NCBI GenBank assembly: GCA_030619825.1
Contig: JAUXAS010000028.1
Span: forward strand, 1-10,649
Length of the DNA: 10,649 nucleotides
Direction of reading: 5' to 3'
DNA from: Hadesarchaea archaeon
Lineage (GTDB): Archaea > Hadarchaeota > Hadarchaeia > Hadarchaeales > Hadarchaeaceae
Part shown: positions 6,968 through 10,649 of the stretch, piece after piece
Layout: every line of letters begins with the position of its first letter
How positions within the stretch are numbered: the first letter of the stretch is position 1
Notes under the pieces: model-generated
Databases searched by the model: none
What the model was told of the DNA's origin: nothing
Seen by the model: the letters and a program-made list of their open reading frames with translations, nothing else
Made by a program: the position numbers and the translations under genes

Positions 6968-7498
6968 ATGGCCGCGCGCAAACTCGAGCTGAGACGGCGT
7001 TACGGCGAAACCGCGCCCATGTATGAACGGCGTTACGAGCAAATCCAGCGCGAGAAGTACGAAATCGTCACTGAGAATTTCCCCCAGGTTAGTAAAGTTC
7101 TCGACTTGGGTTGCGGGACGGGTATGCTCTTAAGCGAACTTGCTCGGCGAAGCGGGTTCGTGGTCGGCATAGATTCATCGCCCGAGATGTTGGAGCTGGC
7201 GAGGAAACGGAGGGGTAGCGCGGCGCTCGTGCTCGCGGATGCCGATCACTTGCCGTTTACCGATCGCAGCTTTGATGCGGTGGTCTCGGTAACCCTGCTT
7301 CAGAACATGCCGAGTCCAGCGGCTACGGTGCGAGAGGTCGCGAGGGTCACAAAGCCCGAGGGTATCGTAATCATGACTACCCTCAAGCACAAACACTCGC
7401 TAGGCGAGCTTGAGCGCTGGATTCGGACAGCTGGTTTCAAGCCGCTCAGTTCAGGTGGGGTTGGCAGGGAAGATGTCTTTTGCATCGCGAGACGATAG
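6968..7498 (+). CDS. Class I SAM-dependent methyltransferase (Methyltransf_11/UbiE-like), substrate unknown, 176 aa
   Basis: VLDLGCGTG motif I, VGIDSSPEML, ADADHLPF..SFDAV and RVTKPEG. Confidence 0.9.
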   Translation: MAARKLELRRRYGETAPMYERRYEQIQREKYEIVTENFPQVSKVLDLGCGTGMLLSELARRSGFVVGIDSSPEMLELARKRRGSAALVLADADHLPFTDRSFDAVVSVTLLQNMPSPAATVREVARVTKPEGIVIMTTLKHKHSLGELERWIRTAGFKPLSSGGVGREDVFCIARR

Positions 7499-7500
7499 CT

Positions 7501-7512
7501 GAAGTTTTTATG
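7501..7512 (+). promoter_or_regulatory. Candidate BRE/TATA for a pncA-pncB-proB-proA transcription unit
   Basis: GAAG-TTTTTATG lies about 25-35 bp upstream of the pncA start. The same T-run directly follows the methyltransferase stop and could instead, or also, be an oligo-T terminator. Confidence 0.45.
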
Positions 7513-7536
7513 CTTTGGCCTAAACTTTATTGAGGG

Positions 7537-8085
7537 ATGCGATTGAAGCTAGCCGTTATCGTGATCGACATGCTCAAAGATTTCGTTGGGGGTAAGTTGG
7601 GATTTGAGCGGGCCAAGGCGATAGTCCCAAACATCAGACGATTGCTCGATTTCGCCCACAAGCGAGGCGTTGCAGTAATCTACGTCTGCGACGCCCACTC
7701 ACATGAGGATCCCGAACTCAAACTGTGGGGGGAACACGCAATGGCCGGGAGCGAGGGTGCGCAGGTGATGCCAGAACTCAAGCCCACGAAAAAGGACAGC
7801 GTTCTAGAGAAGCGTGCCTACGATATCTTCTTTAACACGGAACTGGATGAGATGCTTCGCGGAATAGGCGTGAAGAGGCTCTTGCTAACGGGCGTGGTGA
7901 CGGAAATCTGCGTGCAAAACTCCGCCGCCGGGGCATTCCTCCGAGGTTATGAGGTAACGGTGGCCAAGGATTGCGTGGCCTCGCCAGACGAGAGTGCCCA
8001 CCGGGCCTCGCTCGAGTACATGAAGCGCATTTACGGAGCAAGGATAACCACTTCGAAAGAGTTCATTAAAAGCGGGGGGGGATGA
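7537..8085 (+). CDS. pncA: Isochorismatase-family cysteine hydrolase, probably nicotinamidase
   Basis: Catalytic triad Asp (VIDMLKDF), Lys (LEKRAY) and Cys (GVVTEICV); metal motif DAH...DPE...WGEHA; directly upstream of pncB. The true start may be TTG 7543 (MKLAVIVID), which is better spaced from GAGGG 7532-7536. Confidence 0.85.
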   Translation: MRLKLAVIVIDMLKDFVGGKLGFERAKAIVPNIRRLLDFAHKRGVAVIYVCDAHSHEDPELKLWGEHAMAGSEGAQVMPELKPTKKDSVLEKRAYDIFFNTELDEMLRGIGVKRLLLTGVVTEICVQNSAAGAFLRGYEVTVAKDCVASPDESAHRASLEYMKRIYGARITTSKEFIKSGGG

Positions 8086-8086
8086 G

Positions 8087-9280
8087 GTGCGATCTTTCCA
8101 TGTGGCGTCGGATGAAGAGATCAAGCGCGGCAGAACAACTGATGTTTACTTCGCACGCACTAAGCAAATCCTCGACGCCAAAGGGTTAAACAAGGTCAAA
8201 GTCGTTGCCGAGGTGACGGCGAATAACTTGCCGCGCGATTGGCAGTGGGGGGTGCTCTGTGGAGTCGATGAGGTCGCCAAGCTTTTTGAAGGGCACTCCG
8301 TCGATGTTTACGCGATGCCAGAGGGAAGCGTCTTCCGCCCGCAGGACCACCTTGGGATGCGAATACCCGTGGTAGTGATCGAGGGACCATACGGGGAGTT
8401 CTGCGAGCTCGAGACACCCTTGTTGGGGTTGCTCTGTCAAGTCTCGGGGATGGCGACGATGGCAGCTAGGATAAGAAAAATCGTCGGCAACAAACTCCTC
8501 GTATCTTTCGGTATCCGGCGAGCGCACCCGGCACTCGCCCCCTTGCTCGACCGCACTGCTTACATTGGGGGGTTCGATGGGGTTTCGAGCTTGGTAGGGG
8601 CGAAGGCAATCGGGAAGGAACCGATGGGTACGATGCCCCACTCCTTAGTAGTAGCATTCGGCGATCAGGTCAAGGCTTGGCGAGCATTCGACGAGGTGAT
8701 GCCCCAGAGGGTACCCCGGATAGTGCTTGTGGACACCTACTTTGATGAAAAAATTGAGTCACTCATGGCAGCTGAGGCACTCGGCAAGCGGTTGCACGGC
8801 GTTAGGCTAGATACTCCAGGCTCGAGGAAAGGCGATTTTGCGGAAATAGTTAGGGAGGTCCGGTGGGAGCTCGATATCAGGGGCTATGGTCACGTCAAGA
8901 TAATGGTTTCTGGTGGGGTCAACGATAATAACATAAAGGGTCTAGCCGAGGCCGGAGCTGATGGTTTTGGTGTCGGGACCTCGATAACCAATTCACCGAC
9001 AATCGATTTCGCGATGGACATCGTCGAGCTTAAGGGCAAACCGGTTGCAAAACGCGGCAAGCTTGGGGGCCGAAAACGGGTGTGGAGGTGCCCGAAATGC
9101 TTGACGGACGTGCTTCTGCCGGCCCGCAAGTCATCCCCTAGGTGCCCGAGCTGTGGGGGAAAAACAAGAACGGTTTTAGTTCCCTTGATTAAAAAAGGAA
9201 AAATTGTCGCAAAGCTTCCTTCAGCTAATGAAATACGGAAGCGAGTCCTTGGGCAACTCGAGAAATTGGAACCGCTCTAG
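8087..9280 (+). CDS. pncB: Nicotinate phosphoribosyltransferase, archaeal type with C-terminal Cys-rich zinc-knuckle-like domain, 397 aa
   Basis: TDVYF, SFGIRRAHP, GTMPHS, LVDTY, GVRLDTP, VSGG, GFGVGTSI, AKRGK, then CPKC...CPSC. GTG start. Confidence 0.95.
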   Translation: MRSFHVASDEEIKRGRTTDVYFARTKQILDAKGLNKVKVVAEVTANNLPRDWQWGVLCGVDEVAKLFEGHSVDVYAMPEGSVFRPQDHLGMRIPVVVIEGPYGEFCELETPLLGLLCQVSGMATMAARIRKIVGNKLLVSFGIRRAHPALAPLLDRTAYIGGFDGVSSLVGAKAIGKEPMGTMPHSLVVAFGDQVKAWRAFDEVMPQRVPRIVLVDTYFDEKIESLMAAEALGKRLHGVRLDTPGSRKGDFAEIVREVRWELDIRGYGHVKIMVSGGVNDNNIKGLAEAGADGFGVGTSITNSPTIDFAMDIVELKGKPVAKRGKLGGRKRVWRCPKCLTDVLLPARKSSPRCPSCGGKTRTVLVPLIKKGKIVAKLPSANEIRKRVLGQLEKLEPL

Positions 9281-9290
9281 GAGGTCAACG

Positions 9291-10088
9291 ATGGTTCTTA
9301 AAAAAGAGAGGAAAATCCTTCCCAAGGCAAGGCGAATCGTGGTGAAGATTGGTACGAGTAGTATCACCGACAAACACTCTAGGCTCGCCCCGGCAAAGGT
9401 CGGGAAGCTGGTCGAGGAGATGATGAAACTGCGCGCTCGCGGGAAGGAAATCATCATCGTCTCGTCGGGCGCGATAGGAGCCGGCGTGGGGCGCCTCAAC
9501 CTTGAACGCCGGCCGAGGAATATGCCTTCACTGCAGGCGGCTGCGGCTGTTGGGCAGGGGATCCTGATACAAGTCTACTCGAAGTACTTCAGGGACTACG
9601 AGCAACACGTGGCGCAAATGCTGCTGACTGGGGAGGACTTCACGGACCCCAGGCGATATCGAAATTTCAAGAACACCCTTGCGACCCTGCTGAGGTGGGG
9701 GGTTATCCCAATCGTGAACGAGAACGATAGCGTGGAGGTCAAGGAGATAAGACTCGGCGATAATGACACACTTTCGGCGCACGTAGCGGTGGGGTCCGAC
9801 GCCGACCTCCTCATAATCCTATCGGATGTGGAGGGGCTCTACGCAGGCAAGGGGAAGCGAAGGAACCTCATCCGAACTGTTGAGAGAGTGACGCAAGAGA
9901 TCGAACGGCTCGCCGGTAAGGCATTTCGCGGCTTCGGCGGCATGCTCACCAAGGTCAGAGCTGCCAAGATGGTGACGAAGGCCGGGATACCAGTGGTGAT
10001 AGCCAACGGAGAGAAGAAGCGCGTGCTCGAACGCGTGATTGCTGGCGAAAGAATAGGGACAATCTTCCTCCCGGAGAGGGAAAAATGA
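9291..10088 (+). CDS. proB: Glutamate 5-kinase, short form without PUA domain, 265 aa
   Basis: IVVKIGTSS, IVSSGAIGAG, QAAAAVGQ, PIVNENDSV, GDNDTLSA, LSDVEGLY, GGMLTK and GTIF. Start revised to ATG 9291, after AGGAGGT (9279-9285). Confidence 0.96.
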   Translation: MVLKKERKILPKARRIVVKIGTSSITDKHSRLAPAKVGKLVEEMMKLRARGKEIIIVSSGAIGAGVGRLNLERRPRNMPSLQAAAAVGQGILIQVYSKYFRDYEQHVAQMLLTGEDFTDPRRYRNFKNTLATLLRWGVIPIVNENDSVEVKEIRLGDNDTLSAHVAVGSDADLLIILSDVEGLYAGKGKRRNLIRTVERVTQEIERLAGKAFRGFGGMLTKVRAAKMVTKAGIPVVIANGEKKRVLERVIAGERIGTIFLPEREK

Positions 10089-10649
10089 GCGGGGTTGCCT
10101 CAAAAGCGATGGTTGCCCGCAGGGCATCGCTCAGGTTAGCAAACATCACAACCAAAACAAAAAATACAGCGCTCATGAACATCGCATCGGTCATCTCAAA
10201 AAATAAGAGAGCATTACTGAGGGCAAACGCGAAGGATGTCCAAGCCGCCGAGCGTCTTCTGAAGGCTCGGAAACTCTCCAAGGCATTCGTTCAAAGATTA
10301 AAGCTCAGCGATCACAAGCTGCGCAACTTGGTCGAGATGGTGAGAAGCGTCGCCAGGCTCGAGGACCCAGTCGGAAGGACACTGTACGCGATGGAGCTCG
10401 ACCACGGCCTAGAGCTCTACAAGGTGTCGTCCTCGATTGGTGTAGTCGGAGCGATCTTCGAGGCGAGGCCCGATGTGCTGCCCCAGATATCGTCTCTCTG
10501 CCTCAAGTCTGGGAACGCTGTAGTTCTGAAAGGGGGAAGGGAGGCGAAGTATTCGAACGAGGCGTTCTTCGAGCTCATCCGCGACGTCAGCGAGCGGTCA
10601 GGGATTCCGCGCGGGTGGATTCAGCTCATCGAGGCGAGGCGGGAGGTGC
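10085..10649 (+). CDS. proA: Gamma-glutamyl phosphate reductase, 3'-truncated by the window edge
   Basis: Not in the ORF track. The ATG overlaps the proB stop (ATGA 10085-10088). The frame is open to the window end: MSGVASKAMVARRAS...ANAKDV...RLKL...LEDPVG...GLELYKV..IGVVGAIFEARPDV...LCLKSGNAVVLKGGREAKYSN. Confidence 0.95.
   Translation, partial: MSGVASKAMVARRASLRLANITTKTKNTALMNIASVISKNKRALLRANAKDVQAAERLLKARKLSKAFVQRLKLSDHKLRNLVEMVRSVARLEDPVGRTLYAMELDHGLELYKVSSSIGVVGAIFEARPDVLPQISSLCLKSGNAVVLKGGREAKYSNEAFFELIRDVSERSGIPRGWIQLIEARREV

Noticed and set aside
9085..9160. Cys-rich C-terminal motif of PncB (and the four-Cys tail of ProRS) as novel fusions
   Set aside because: Both are known features of archaeal-type nicotinate phosphoribosyltransferase and archaeal/eukaryotic-type ProRS.
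9204..9290. ProB N-terminal extension overlapping pncB
   Set aside because: ATG 9291 with AGGAGGT gives a normal ProB start.
258..10281. Numerous 60-180 aa antisense or alternate-frame ORFs (e.g. 258..602, 3812..4288, 4665..5165, 5243..5791, 8186..8641, 9955..10281)
   Set aside because: They lie wholly or almost wholly over well-supported genes and have no recognisable motifs, as expected for shadow ORFs at this GC content.
1..10649. CRISPR array, tRNA/rRNA, IS element, provirus, intein or pseudogene
   Set aside because: No periodic repeats, cloverleaf sequences, mobility genes or interrupted frames were seen. All intergenic gaps are 85 bp or less and the proteins are of normal length.

Overview
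A compact archaeal chromosomal region (GC roughly mid-50s %, TATA-like promoters, GGTGA/GGAGG ribosome-binding sites, archaeal-type ProRS). I see no tRNA/rRNA, CRISPR array, integrase or transposase. Gene order: 3' end of a class IIa aminoacyl-tRNA synthetase (probably hisS, +); endonuclease IV-like TIM barrel (-); archaetidylinositol/phosphatidylinositol-phosphate synthase-like CDP-alcohol phosphatidyltransferase (+); PadR regulator (-); Zn-ribbon plus Hjc-like PD-(D/E)XK nuclease (+); ino1 (+); PfkB kinase with myo-inositol-3-kinase-like motifs (+); proS (-); Xaa-Pro peptidase (-); SAM methyltransferase (+); pncA-like amidase (+); pncB (+); proB (+); partial proA (+). Most of the window is housekeeping. 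The most interesting part is 992-4337, an apparent inositol-phosphate module: de novo synthesis, salvage kinase, lipid head-group transferase, and a divergent PadR with a candidate operator. A lower-GC Zn-finger nuclease gene sits at the head of the ino1 operon. All family calls come from motif recognition by eye and recalled reference sequences; no searches were run.
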